Assembly: GCA_963708075.1 (NCBI GenBank)
Contig: OY970194.1
Location: forward strand, 6,560,001-6,624,000
Reading direction: 5' to 3'
DNA: 64,000 nt
Source of the DNA: Sedimentisphaerales bacterium
GTDB lineage: Bacteria > Planctomycetota > Phycisphaerae > Sedimentisphaerales > Anaerobacaceae
Below, in pieces: positions 1 through 10,278 of this stretch. The notes below the pieces were generated by a model. That model was not told where the DNA came from and did no database searches. It saw only the letters and a list, made by a program, of their open reading frames with translations. The translations under genes were made by a program, and so were the position numbers. Each line of letters opens with the position of its first letter. Positions within the stretch are counted from its first letter, which is position 1.

Positions 1-189
1 AACCACTACCGGGGAGTCTCACTTGCCCAGGTGTCCGATGTGGCTTGGCAGTACTGATATTTGCGTTTTTTCTGTTGCAGAGCCGGGCAAAGGGTGGTAT
101 AATACTATCTTTTAGTATGTATTCGATCGTCGCCGCTTCACGAGATCGTGTGAAGGCGGATGGCTATAAAGGATCGGGGAGAAACGAAG

Positions 190-456
190 ATGAAGACGTT
201 GTGGGTCGCGCTGCTCGTGGTCTCGGTGGCTGCGGGCTGCGCCAGTACGGATCGCCAAGGGTTAATTTCCGCAGGATATAGTCCGCAATACGCAGACGGG
301 TACGTGGACGGCTACTCTGCCGGATGTCATTCCGTGGGTCACCCGTTCTGTCAGTTCGTCCGAGACGTCACGCGTTTCGAGCAGGACCACCAGTATAAGA
401 GGGGTTGGGAGGACGGCTTCTCCATCGGCAGGACGGACTACGCTGCCGTGTGGTAG
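190..456 (+). CDS. small lipoprotein, hypothetical
   Basis: ATG at 190 after GGGGAG. Signal MKTLWVALLVVSVAAG-C has a lipobox. Body has YADGYVDGY and YKRGWEDGF motifs. Confidence 0.75.
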   Translation: MKTLWVALLVVSVAAGCASTDRQGLISAGYSPQYADGYVDGYSAGCHSVGHPFCQFVRDVTRFEQDHQYKRGWEDGFSIGRTDYAAVW

Positions 457-629
457 TCCGGCCCGCGAGTCGTGAATGCCGCGACGGCATTCGCCGTCGT
501 GTCTCGCTGCCCGCGAGCGTGGTATGCAGCCGTGCCTGGCCACAGCACCACGCATGTGTCTATTGTCTTCCTCCGCGAACCGGATCCTCCCAGTCGCATA
601 GAACCTGCCTACACCCGGTATCCCTGCTT

Positions 630-1991
630 TCAGAAAACGATGGTGTATGACTGCGGGTCGTACGTCAGCACTCGCAGCAGATCGAATCCCGCGGGAATCT
701 CGACCATCTGCGCGCGATCGAAGTTCATCGAGATGTTGCCCTCTACACGGGTCGCGTTGGGCGAGTAGCTGATCAGTGTTCCTTTGACCACGGCACTGGC
801 ATTGCCCGAGAAGTACAGGCTGCTGGCCGCCAGGACGCCATTGACGGAGGAGAAGTTGCCCGTAAAGGACGCCCCAAAGCCCGGCGCCAGGATCGAGGAG
901 CCCTGCTCCTGCCGGATCGCGTCGAATTGCGAACCGATCGGGTATCCCCCGGAGGCGAAGTTGCCCTCGAAACTGAGCAGGTTTGAGCCCGGGTTCGACG
1001 CATCTCCATTGGCCACGATGATTCCCTGGAGGCTGACGTTGCGGGTGAATCGCACGACGTTGGGCGCCTGGATGAACAGGATGCCCTGAATCGTGACGTT
1101 GCCGAGGAAGGTGGGGTTCGTGCCCGCCTGGATGGAGGCATTGGCCAGCGTCATGCTGCTGCTCAGATCGGTGGTCAGGCCGACCACGGGGCCGGTCGCG
1201 TACGTCTGAAACGGCGCGGTCAGTGGGACCGGGAATTCGACCGGGTCAGCCCCGATGGTGACGTGATTGTCGATGGCCTGCTGCCCGGTTTCGCCGGCGA
1301 TCTTGACATCGCCTCCGAAGCTGACGGTGCCGAGCGGGTTGCCGATATCGATGTCGCCGTCGAAGTTGGTATTGCCTCCGACGGTGACGGCCAGGATGTC
1401 GTTGGCGCTCTCCACGTAGATATCCGCCTCCCAGTTCTCGGCCGCTCCCGTGAGCGTGGGGTTCTGGGGGAATTGCAGTGCGCCCTTGGTGGCCATGCCG
1501 TAGTTGAAGATCGGGAACTTGTACGGCTTGACGTGGAAACTCACGCGGAGGGTCCGGGCCGAACTGTGGCTGGTGCCGATGATGAGAAGCCGCAGCAGGG
1601 TGGGATCCGTGGAATCGACGGAGATCTGGCCCGAAAAACTCTGCCCCGCGAGTGCATGGACCACGACGGTCGGGATCGATCCGTCACCGTTGATATGGAG
1701 GTTCTCGATGCCGTTGGCCGCCAGCTCCGTCTGCAGGCGTGAAATCGCCGTACTGAGATAGTCTGCCACGGGTGTTGAGCTCGGCATTCGGACCCGGTCC
1801 ACCCAATATCGTACTACTTCCAAGCCGGATTCGGCACTGGCGAACGCCGCGTTCGCCTCTCGCTGGTTGTCGGACATCTGGAGATTGGCCCCGGACATCG
1901 TGGCCATGCCGACCGCCAGTGCTGTGAAGACCACCAGGAAAATCGTGCAGGTGATCAGCGCACTACCCTTGCGAAACGCACGGGACCGCAT
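630..1991 (-). CDS. PilX N-terminal-type minor pilin / pilus assembly protein (copy 1)
   Basis: ATG at 1991 after GGAGGGG. RKG|SALI-hydrophobic-...AFASAESGLE is the PilX-type N-terminus. C-terminus is beta-rich. Confidence 0.75.
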   Translation of the reverse strand: MRSRAFRKGSALITCTIFLVVFTALAVGMATMSGANLQMSDNQREANAAFASAESGLEVVRYWVDRVRMPSSTPVADYLSTAISRLQTELAANGIENLHINGDGSIPTVVVHALAGQSFSGQISVDSTDPTLLRLLIIGTSHSSARTLRVSFHVKPYKFPIFNYGMATKGALQFPQNPTLTGAAENWEADIYVESANDILAVTVGGNTNFDGDIDIGNPLGTVSFGGDVKIAGETGQQAIDNHVTIGADPVEFPVPLTAPFQTYATGPVVGLTTDLSSSMTLANASIQAGTNPTFLGNVTIQGILFIQAPNVVRFTRNVSLQGIIVANGDASNPGSNLLSFEGNFASGGYPIGSQFDAIRQEQGSSILAPGFGASFTGNFSSVNGVLAASSLYFSGNASAVVKGTLISYSPNATRVEGNISMNFDRAQMVEIPAGFDLLRVLTYDPQSYTIVF

Positions 1992-2245
1992 AGTGTCCCC
2001 TCCAAGAATAGAATCGATGGTGTGCGGTACTGTATGTACTTCTAATCCTATGCCCCAATAAACCATAGAAAACAAAATTGGGCCTCCAAGCGGGGTATGG
2101 AAATCTGTGTGAATCGTTTGCTGCCGCAATGGGAGGAGGGTGTCTGCCCGAATTCGAGGGGCGGGCGTTTGTGGGAAAGACGATCAGCGCAACTCTGGCG
2201 GACGTGCGGTCGCGCAGAGCCTGTTTGCCCTCGACCTCGCTGCGT

Positions 2246-3610
2246 TCAAAAAACGATGGTGTAGGACGCCGGCACGTACATCAGTACTCGGAGCAGATCG
2301 AATCCCGCCGGAATCTCGACCATGGCGGAGCGGTCAAAGGTCATGTTGATATTGCCATTGACGACGGTCGGCGACTCCGAATAGTTGATCAGAGTACCGC
2401 TGACAACAGCGCTGGCGTTCTTATCGAAACGCAGACCGCTGGCCGCGATGACGCCGTTAATTGCGGAGAAGTTTTTCCAGAACGATACCGCAAAGCCCGG
2501 CGCGAGAATGCACGAGCCGACCTCGCTGCGCAGGCCGTCGAACTCCGCGCCCGCCGGATAGGGTCCGGAGGAGAAGTTGCTTGGGGTCTTGGGCGTCGTC
2601 GGGTCACCAAGGTTAATCTGGTTGGTGCCCGGGTTGTTCACATCTCCGTCCGCGACGATCATGCCCTCGAGGACCGTGTTCTTCGAGAACGTCACGATAT
2701 TGGGGGCCTCGATGTAAAGGATGCCCCGGATGTTGACGCTGTCGGCCGTGAAGGTAGGGTTCGTGCCGGCTTCGATTACAGCGTTGGTAAATGTCGACTG
2801 GCTGAGGTCGGTGTCCGAGTCGATGACAGGTCCCGTGGCGTACCGGCGGAAGCGTTGCACGTCGGGCACGGGGAACTCCGGGCGGTCTTCCTCTTCGAGC
2901 ATGTTGACCTCGCCGCCGAGGTCCAGGGTACCACCGGTACTGACGCCGGCCAGCGGGTTGCCGATGTCAATGTCGCCGGCGAAGGTGGCATTTCCGCCGA
3001 TATCGACCGCGATCAGACTGTTGGCGCTCTCGACGTAAACGTCCGCCTCCCAGCCCTGGGTGGCTGCCAGGAACCTGGGATTCCCCGGGAGCACGAGCGG
3101 ACCCTTGGTTGCCATGCCGTAGTTGAAGATCGGGAATCGGTACGGCTTGATGCGGAAATTCACGCGGAGGGTCCGGGCGGCCTCATGGCTGGCGCCAACG
3201 ATGAGAAGCCGCAGCAAGGCGGGATCCGTGGGATCGACGGTGAACTGGCCCGAAAAACTCTGGCCGGCGAGTGCGTGGACCACAACGGTCGGGATCGATC
3301 CGTCACCGTCGACACGAAAATGCTCGACGCCGTTGGCTGCCAGCTCAGTTTGCAGGTGTGAGATCGCCGTACTGAGATAATCTTCCACGGCTGTTGAGCT
3401 CGGTATTCGGATCCGGCCCACCCAATATCGTACTACTTCCAGGCCGGATTCGGCACTGGCGAACGCCGAGTTCGCCTCTCGCTGGTTGTCGGACATCTGA
3501 AGATTGGCCCCGGACATCGTGGCCATGCCGACAGCCAGGGCTGTGAAGACGATCAGAAAGATCATGCAGACGATCAGCGCACTGCCTTCGCGAAACGCAC
3601 GGGACTTCAT
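2246..3610 (-). CDS. PilX N-terminal-type minor pilin (copy 2, tandem paralog)
   Basis: ATG at 3610 after GGAGGGGG. REG|SALI...AFASAESGLE. Colinear and highly similar to 630-1991. Confidence 0.75.
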   Translation of the reverse strand: MKSRAFREGSALIVCMIFLIVFTALAVGMATMSGANLQMSDNQREANSAFASAESGLEVVRYWVGRIRIPSSTAVEDYLSTAISHLQTELAANGVEHFRVDGDGSIPTVVVHALAGQSFSGQFTVDPTDPALLRLLIVGASHEAARTLRVNFRIKPYRFPIFNYGMATKGPLVLPGNPRFLAATQGWEADVYVESANSLIAVDIGGNATFAGDIDIGNPLAGVSTGGTLDLGGEVNMLEEEDRPEFPVPDVQRFRRYATGPVIDSDTDLSQSTFTNAVIEAGTNPTFTADSVNIRGILYIEAPNIVTFSKNTVLEGMIVADGDVNNPGTNQINLGDPTTPKTPSNFSSGPYPAGAEFDGLRSEVGSCILAPGFAVSFWKNFSAINGVIAASGLRFDKNASAVVSGTLINYSESPTVVNGNINMTFDRSAMVEIPAGFDLLRVLMYVPASYTIVF

Positions 3611-4215
3611 GGTGCCCCCTCCAAAAGGAAATTGATGGCGTGCGGTTCTGTATGTACTTCTAATGCCAGTATCCTGAATAAATGATAAAAAACAAAACAG
3701 GGCATCCAAACATGATTTGCGGACGATCCGCTGTCGCGCACAACCCCGCGCTTGCTCTGCCGCACTCTTGTCGTGGGCCCATCCGGCGCCGGAAAAGCGA
3801 ATCTGTGCGGATCGTTTGTCGCTGCGCGATATTATACGTATATTCTCAACGGAGCCTCACAGGCATGCCGTGAGGACGACAAATGGTTGTGAATCCGGCG
3901 AAGGCCGGACACAAGGATAGGTGACACGCGCTCTTCCGCCGCCTCAGGTGCGTGTCACTTTTTTTCTGCGCCGGTCCAGGTCGTGTCGGCAATCGTAGTC
4001 GTTATTACAGGTCCCTGAGGAAGGTGTCTGTGCGGATTTAGCGGGCGTTTGTAGGAGAGATGGTCGTACGGCATGGCGCACGTGCGGTCGTGCACGACGG
4101 TGGACCGCCATGGTGTAGCGGGAATCGGATCGTTCTCTTTGCCGCCGTCACGACCGCATGTGGTATAGTCAGTCACCGGCAGCGTGGCCTGTGGCCGGCG
4201 CTGTCGGTGCAACAG

Positions 4216-4548
4216 TTACAGGATCACCTCTCGCTCCTCTTGTGGCGGGGCGGGCTGCTCCTGGAACCGCTGCGAGGGTCGCTGCTGGAAGGGCTCCGAG
4301 GGCCGCTCTTGGAATGGCTGCGGGGGCCGCTCCTGGAACGGCTGCGAGGGTCGCTCCTGAAACGGTTCTGCCGGACGCGGGGATTCCTCCGGAGGATCAT
4401 ATGCTTCAAAGGGCGACCATCGGCTCCTCGCCTTATCGACGATCTCGATCAGCCGTTCGATCACAACCTCCGGCGTGTCGTCGAATGGATCGACGATGAA
4501 CCGCTTCAACTGCTCGTATAACTCATCCGATATCCTGAACGTCCTCAT
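4216..4548 (-). CDS. small protein with ribbon-helix-helix/SeqA-N-like N-terminus and PFQERP repeat tail
   Basis: MRTFRISDELYEQLKRF...DTPEVVIERLI fits a beta-alpha-alpha RHH pattern. GGAG RBS upstream. Confidence 0.65.
   Translation of the reverse strand: MRTFRISDELYEQLKRFIVDPFDDTPEVVIERLIEIVDKARSRWSPFEAYDPPEESPRPAEPFQERPSQPFQERPPQPFQERPSEPFQQRPSQRFQEQPAPPQEEREVIL
4258..4377. repeat. five 24-bp tandem units (coding VNTR)
   Basis: Units such as ctcctggaaccgctgcgagggtcg, ctgctggaagggctccgagggccg and ctcttggaatggctgcgggggccg. Confidence 0.9.
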
Positions 4549-4816
4549 GGATGTGCTCCAAAAACATGTTCCGTCGTTCTGTTGCCAAGGTGCTCAAACG
4601 TGCGCAAAGCACCCGATAAACAGTATGAAAGAATCCCCTGGACGCCAAAGTGTCCTGCGTCGCGTTCCAGGCGGGGCGCAGCCGGCGTTTGCGAATATGC
4701 CATGGCATTGACATACTTTATCAAGGGCCGGCTGCGCCCTCGTGGACGCCGGACCGTTTGACCCGGATGGAATTGAATCTCGAATGTAGAGCCAGGAACA
4801 AAGGGGAGAAAGAATC

Positions 4817-5224
4817 ATGTCTCACTCACAAGATGGGAAAAAGGGCCGCAGTACAAGAAGTCTCGCTCTGGTGCTGCTCGCCTGGGTCTTCATCGGCGGC
4901 CAGGCCTTGCTGGCGGCGGGAAACATCTACAACTACGCCAACACCAACGGTGACCCGAAAGCGAAAGCGGATACGGGGAATATGCCGTGGGAGCTCGCCG
5001 GGCAGGGGGCGCAGAAGATGCGTTTGATCGCCATGCAGGCCTGCCCGGATGTCGTCGGCGACGTCGCCATCTTCCTCGCGGTCGCTAACGCGCTGGGTCT
5101 GGTTGCACTGGTTTGCGGCCTGCTCGCGTGGTCGCGGTCAAACTATCGCAGCGGCAAGTTGACTATGGCGGTGGCCGTCGCGATCATCGTAGCCAACTCG
5201 ATCGTGAATCTGCCTTACGCGTAA
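4817..5224 (+). CDS. hypothetical membrane protein (about 3 TM segments)
   Basis: GGGGAG RBS and three hydrophobic stretches. Confidence 0.7.
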   Translation: MSHSQDGKKGRSTRSLALVLLAWVFIGGQALLAAGNIYNYANTNGDPKAKADTGNMPWELAGQGAQKMRLIAMQACPDVVGDVAIFLAVANALGLVALVCGLLAWSRSNYRSGKLTMAVAVAIIVANSIVNLPYA

Positions 5225-5310
5225 AATGATCGCGACGTTGGAGCAAGAACCTGCCGGTGCTGCGCGCTGTGCACGTTTCTTGATCCCTCGATAGCATATC
5301 CAAATCCGCG

Positions 5311-5387
5311 GTGGCAGCGGCAAGGACGAAGGCTTTGCCGATGGCGAAGAATCAAACCATCGGCGAGCCGGCACTTACCGCTGCCAC
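5311..5387. repeat. REP/REPIN-like nested inverted repeat (GTGGCAGCGGCAAG family)
   Basis: gtggcagcggcaag...ttgccgatgg...ccatcggcga...cttaccgctgccac. Related copies at 11376-11422 and 58733-58825. Confidence 0.7.
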
Positions 5388-5705
5388 TCGGGATCATATT
5401 CTTCCTGTCAACCCTGCGAGCAGCCTCGATCTCGCCTGATTACCCGAAAACCCCACGGGCAAACGGGTTTGTCCATGCCACGCATCGTGTTCCCCAGAAG
5501 GTCCCCACAGGCTCCACGGAACCAAACCGAGCCAAAATCTTAAGAAATCATGTAACGTTTCGCCGACATGGCGGACATATCAGTAGCGGAAAAGGGCATT
5601 GCTATCGGCTCGATTTGCCTCTATAATGGGTACAAACGAGGGATCGTTGGCGGATTCGTGACACACACAGGGAAAGCAGGTGGGATTCTGGAAAGGGAGA
5701 GCATC

Positions 5706-6969
5706 ATGAAACTCAGATCGTGCCTTATCGTCGTGCCGTTTCTGTTGGCCGTGATTATTGCGGCGGTGCCGCCGGAGCCGGTGAAGTGGGCATCGCTGGG
5801 CGGCGACTACCAGCGGAGTGGGCGGAGCCCGGACCCCGGACCCACGGGAGGGTGCATCGAGTGGCAATTCGAGGCGGATGCCGCCATCGTGGGCAGCCTT
5901 ACGGTGGGCTCCGATGGGCGAGTCCATGTGCCCTGCCAAGACGGCAAGCTGTACGCGCTCGATGCGGGCGGCAGGGTTCTCGTGGGTCTTCGATGCCAAT
6001 ACGCCGCTGTGGAGCGCCGCGAGCATCGGCCCGGACGGCAGCCTGTACGTTGGCGGCGAGAACGGGACGCTGTACGCGATCGATCCAAATGGCACGTTGC
6101 GATGGACCTACGACACGAACGATCTCATTTACTCCTCGCCCGCGGTTGCATCGAACGGCGACGTCTACGTGGGGTCGCGCGACGGGACGCTCTACGCGTT
6201 GACGCCGGACGGCGCCGAGTTGTGGCGGTTCACGACGGACGGTCCCGGGAAACTGCCGGCCGGCTCGATTTTCGCCTCGCCCGCCATCGGGCAGGACGGC
6301 ACGGTATATATCGGGGGGATGTACGACCCGAATCTGTACGCTCTGAACCCGTCGGATGGGAGCGTCAAGTGGGCGTGCAGCTTCAAGCCGGCAAGCGGCG
6401 AGGACGGCGGCTGGTCCTTCGCCTCGCCCGTGGTCGGCCAGGACGGCACGATCTACCAGACACTGCTCTACGATAGCCATCTGTACGCTATCGAGCCGGA
6501 CACCGGTGCGATTCTCTGGGCCACCGACCTGCTCGATCTGACGGAGTTCGGCATATCGAGCAAGGACCTCGACCCTGACGCCGCCGGATGGTCCGAGCCG
6601 GTCCTTGGCTTGGATGGGATCATCTACGTCTGCCTGGATGACCCCTATCTGCGAGCGGTGGGTCCGGACGGCACGATTCTCTGGGTGAGCAAGCTTGGCG
6701 ACCTCGGCGGCTTCACGCTCACTGTGGACAAGAATGACCTGATTTACGCGGCCTGCGAGGACGGCAACATCTATGTGGCCGATCCGTTCGGCCAGGACGT
6801 GACCCGGTTCGAGCTCGGCGGCTGGCCCGCCTTCCCGGTCATCGCCGGCGAAGACCTCCTCATCGCGGCTGATTCCAAGGACTACTCCGCCTACGAGGCC
6901 GGCGGAAAGAATAAGGTCTGGGCCATCTCCTCCCTGTGCCCCGAAGGCTCCCAGCCGGTCTCCAAATGA
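5706..6969 (+). CDS. PQQ-like/BamB-type beta-propeller repeat protein, secreted (frameshift near 5982)
   Basis: Signal peptide from ATG 5706. Repeated SPA(V/I)G.DG.(V/I)Y...LYAL...G...W motifs continue across two frames. There is an extra G in gttctc-g-tgggtc. Confidence 0.8.
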
Positions 6970-7027
6970 GCATGAACTCCGGCACGTCGAGGGATAGTCG
7001 ATCACGGCATTTGGCAGAGGAATCGCA

Positions 7028-7879
7028 ATGCGAGAGGCTGCATTTGCGTTAATTTCGGTCATTCTCCTTCTGGCGAACCTTGCGGCAATAAGCACCTCCG
7101 GCCGCGAGCGGGCCAAGCGGGTCGTCTGTCTGGCCAATCTGCGCCAATTGACGTCCGCCTGGAGCCTCTACGCCGACCAGAACGATGGCAAGATCGTCAA
7201 TGGTTCGGGCGGGATGCACTATGTCGGATCGAGTAGTCAGACAGCAGATGGTTCCACGCCTGACATTGTTGAGCGGGCCTGGGTGGGCAGGGGCTGGAGC
7301 GCCAACTGGAGCAGCTCAAAAGTGGCCGATACCGGCGTCACTGAGGCACAAGAGGAGTTGTTTATCCAGGAAGGGGCCCTTTGGCCGCTGATTGGAGATC
7401 GTCGTCCCTACAAGTGCCCGCTGGGAAGGCCCTACGAGTGGCTCAACTACTCGATTGTGGACGCCATGAACGGCATGTACCGCATGGGCACGGCGTGGGG
7501 GGCCAACCATACGACTGCTGTGGGCACACGGGTGGGCGATACGGTTCTATGGATCAAAAACCGGGCTGAAATCATCAGTCCGGGTCCGTCACAGCGGATG
7601 GTCTTCATCGACGAAGGAGCCATGACGCCGGACAGCTTCGGCGTTAATTACACGTACGGTCCCTGGTGGGACGGCCCGCCGGCTCGTCATAACGACGGCA
7701 CAATCCTGTCCTGGGCGGATGGCCATGGGAGCTATCTCCAATGGACAGATCCCGAGACGATTGCATACGGCAGGTACTACATCGATCGCCATGGCCCCGG
7801 TTTCATGCCAAAGACTCCGGAAGGCATCAAGGACCTGGAGGACTTTCGCCGGGCCGTCTGGGGCAAGCTTGGGTATTGA
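7028..7879 (+). CDS. DUF1559/H-X9-DG domain pilin-like protein (start uncertain)
   Basis: RERAKRVVCLANLRQL, Y.CP and RHNDGTILSWADGH motifs. Confidence 0.8.
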   Translation: MREAAFALISVILLLANLAAISTSGRERAKRVVCLANLRQLTSAWSLYADQNDGKIVNGSGGMHYVGSSSQTADGSTPDIVERAWVGRGWSANWSSSKVADTGVTEAQEELFIQEGALWPLIGDRRPYKCPLGRPYEWLNYSIVDAMNGMYRMGTAWGANHTTAVGTRVGDTVLWIKNRAEIISPGPSQRMVFIDEGAMTPDSFGVNYTYGPWWDGPPARHNDGTILSWADGHGSYLQWTDPETIAYGRYYIDRHGPGFMPKTPEGIKDLEDFRRAVWGKLGY

Positions 7880-7909
7880 CGATCCAACGAATAGGCTGAG
7901 GAATATTTT

Positions 7910-8782
7910 ATGAGTGCAGGATCGCAGCATTTGGGAAAGGGGGAATTGGGAGTCCTGATTTTGTGTGGGGCATTCGTACTCCTCACTGTCGGGGTTGTGG
8001 GAGAGGAGGGCCGGGAGCGGGCCAAGCGGGCCGTCTGCCTGGCCAACCTGCGCCAATTGACGTCGGCCTGGAGTCTGTACGCGGATCAGAACGATGGCAG
8101 GATTGTCAATGGCGACGCTGGGTCGTGGCGCAGACAGAATAGCACGATGCCGGATGGCTCCAAGGTCACTCTCGTGGAGCAACCCTGGGTGGGCATGACC
8201 TGGCGCAATCCCTACAATACACCCTACGTGCCGAACACGGGCCCCACGGATGCGGAAAAGAGGCGTGGAATCGAAGAAGGCGCTTTGTGGCCGCTGGTGG
8301 GTAGTACACGTGTCTACAAGTGCCCCGTCGGCAGGCCGTATGATTGGGTCCACTATGCGATTGTGGATGCCATGAACGGCATGTACCGAACCGGCACGGC
8401 GACGGGTGGTTTCTTGGCTGGTGTGGGCGTGCGCGTGGATAGAACGACGCTCTGGATCAAGAAGATGAGCGAGATCGACTTGCCCACCCCGGCCGAGCGG
8501 ATGGTGTTCATTGATCAGGGGGCGACGATGCCTAGCAGCTTCGCCGTGCATTACACGAAAGGGTCCTGGTGGGACGACCCGCCGGCTCGTCATAACGATG
8601 GCGCAACCGTGTCCTGGGCGGACGGCCACGGCAGCTATCTCCGGTGGAAGGCGGCGGAGACGATCGCGTACGGCAGGAAGTACCAGGACTACAGCGGCAT
8701 CGGCCTTACGCCACAGACTCCGGAAGGGATTAGAGACCTGCAGGATCTTCAGCGTGCCGTCTGGGGGCGGCTTGGATACTGA
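7910..8782 (+). CDS. DUF1559/H-X9-DG domain pilin-like protein, non-canonical N-terminus
   Basis: RERAKRAVCLANLRQL and RHNDGATVSWADGH motifs. GAGGA RBS. Confidence 0.85.
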   Translation: MSAGSQHLGKGELGVLILCGAFVLLTVGVVGEEGRERAKRAVCLANLRQLTSAWSLYADQNDGRIVNGDAGSWRRQNSTMPDGSKVTLVEQPWVGMTWRNPYNTPYVPNTGPTDAEKRRGIEEGALWPLVGSTRVYKCPVGRPYDWVHYAIVDAMNGMYRTGTATGGFLAGVGVRVDRTTLWIKKMSEIDLPTPAERMVFIDQGATMPSSFAVHYTKGSWWDDPPARHNDGATVSWADGHGSYLRWKAAETIAYGRKYQDYSGIGLTPQTPEGIRDLQDLQRAVWGRLGY

Positions 8783-8816
8783 CAATCTGATGAAGCGGTG
8801 AGTTGAGGAGAGACTC

Positions 8817-9656
8817 ATGAAGGCGAGAGCGGAGTACCTGGGAAAGTGGGAGTTGGGAGTCCTGATTTTGTGCGGGGCGTTCGTGCTTGTTACCATTGGC
8901 GCCGTCGGCGAGAGCGGCCGCGGGCGGGCGAAAGAGGCGGTTTGCCAGGCGAACCTGCACCAGTGGGGGAGGTACTTTCAGGACTACATCGAACAAAATG
9001 ACGGCAAGTTCTTCTCCGGCTGCAATGACCAGGGCTACTGGTGGCCTCTGCAGTTGCCGCAGGAATTGCAGGACTGGAGGAAGAACCGTACGTGGTTCTG
9101 CCCAGTGGCTACGAGGCCGGTCTTTGATGGACCCGGCGCGCCGGTGTCGCTGCGGAAGGACTCCGCTTGGGGTATTTACGACAGCCCAACGCATTACACG
9201 TACAAGGGCAAGACGTACACCATGAACCCCAACGGCCTCGCAGGCAGCTTTGGCCTGAATGGTTACTTGTTGGATATTCCTGACCGGAGTCAGTACGAAG
9301 GGGCAATGCCTGCGGCATACGGTTGGCGGGACCTTCCTCATGTGGCGAATGCGGATACTGTGCCGATGTCTCTGGACGCCTTGCGTTTCGACCTGTGGCC
9401 GAACCATGTGGATGCGCCGGCGTCGAGTGAAATGGGGCAGTTGGCAGGCGCTCGCATGACTCAGTGCTGTGTCAATCGCCATGACGGAGCGGTGAATTGC
9501 CTGTTTGTGGATGGGTCGGTTCGCAAAGTGGGTCTGAAAGAGCTTTGGACGTTGAAATGGCATCGAACGTTTCATACGACCGGGATGTGGACCAAGGCGG
9601 GTGGTGTGCTGCCCTACGACTGGCCGCCATGGATGAGGCCATTCAAGGAGTACTGA
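8817..9656 (+). CDS. DUF1559/H-X9-DG domain pilin-like protein, non-canonical N-terminus
   Basis: RAKEAVCQANLHQW, WFCP and RHDGAVNCLFVDGSV...LKELW.LKWH motifs. Confidence 0.85.
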   Translation: MKARAEYLGKWELGVLILCGAFVLVTIGAVGESGRGRAKEAVCQANLHQWGRYFQDYIEQNDGKFFSGCNDQGYWWPLQLPQELQDWRKNRTWFCPVATRPVFDGPGAPVSLRKDSAWGIYDSPTHYTYKGKTYTMNPNGLAGSFGLNGYLLDIPDRSQYEGAMPAAYGWRDLPHVANADTVPMSLDALRFDLWPNHVDAPASSEMGQLAGARMTQCCVNRHDGAVNCLFVDGSVRKVGLKELWTLKWHRTFHTTGMWTKAGGVLPYDWPPWMRPFKEY

Positions 9657-9679
9657 GTCGTTCGTTGCCCGCGGGCCTC

Positions 9680-9862
9680 TTAGAGGAGGTCTTCCAGGAG
9701 CCTGTCCACGACGACATCGAGCTTCTCGGCGATGTCATATCGCCCTTCGGCGAGCTGACGTTTGATGTCGAGGACTTTTTCCACCCGGAACGACGGCTCT
9801 TGTTCCGCCACCGCGGCCGCTGGACCCCGCTCATGATTGTCTGTGCACATCGTAGAATCCAT
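9680..9862 (-). CDS. FlgM-like anti-sigma-28 factor (C-terminal domain only)
   Basis: RVEKVLDIKRQLAEGRYDI.EKLD..VDRLL matches the FlgM C-terminal pattern. Confidence 0.65.
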   Translation of the reverse strand: MDSTMCTDNHERGPAAAVAEQEPSFRVEKVLDIKRQLAEGRYDIAEKLDVVVDRLLEDLL

Positions 9863-10278
9863 TCGTTACCCACCCCATAGCACGGCAAACCAAACACATC
9901 GCCCATAGAATGGAATATGGGACCCGATGTGCCAATAGGCAAAAGACCCATTATTCGATCAGGGAAAACCTGAATCGGCCATCGGGGGATAGGCGGAGGA
10001 GGCCGAGTGTCCGTGCTGCCGGCCTACACGCGAGGGGTTTTGTACTGAGCCATTCTGCGTGGATTTCCTGATGGGGAATCGCCACATCTGTCTGAGTTTG
10101 CGCGCATCCGCCCGAGCCATCTGACGGGTGAATCCCCGGCATTCAGCAGGGCTGGATGTGGCGAATACCCATCGCACCAGAACACCGCCCGAATGTATCC
10201 TACTTCATGGAAGGGGAGCGTGCCGCTCAGCGTGGGCGGGCCGATCAAGGCAGGACAGACAGATAAGGAGATCACACG

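Noticed and set aside
1..60. Riboswitch fragment at the window start (aaccac...cggggag)
   Set aside because: It is truncated and lacks the remaining conserved elements of any family I can recognise.
4258..4377. CRISPR or regulatory repeat
   Set aside because: Units are contiguous without spacers and encode an in-frame peptide repeat.
9900..10270. c-di-GMP or c-di-AMP riboswitch upstream of the PEP-CTERM gene
   Set aside because: Only isolated sub-motifs (ggaaaacc, gggtgaat) are present, and I could not build a consistent secondary structure.
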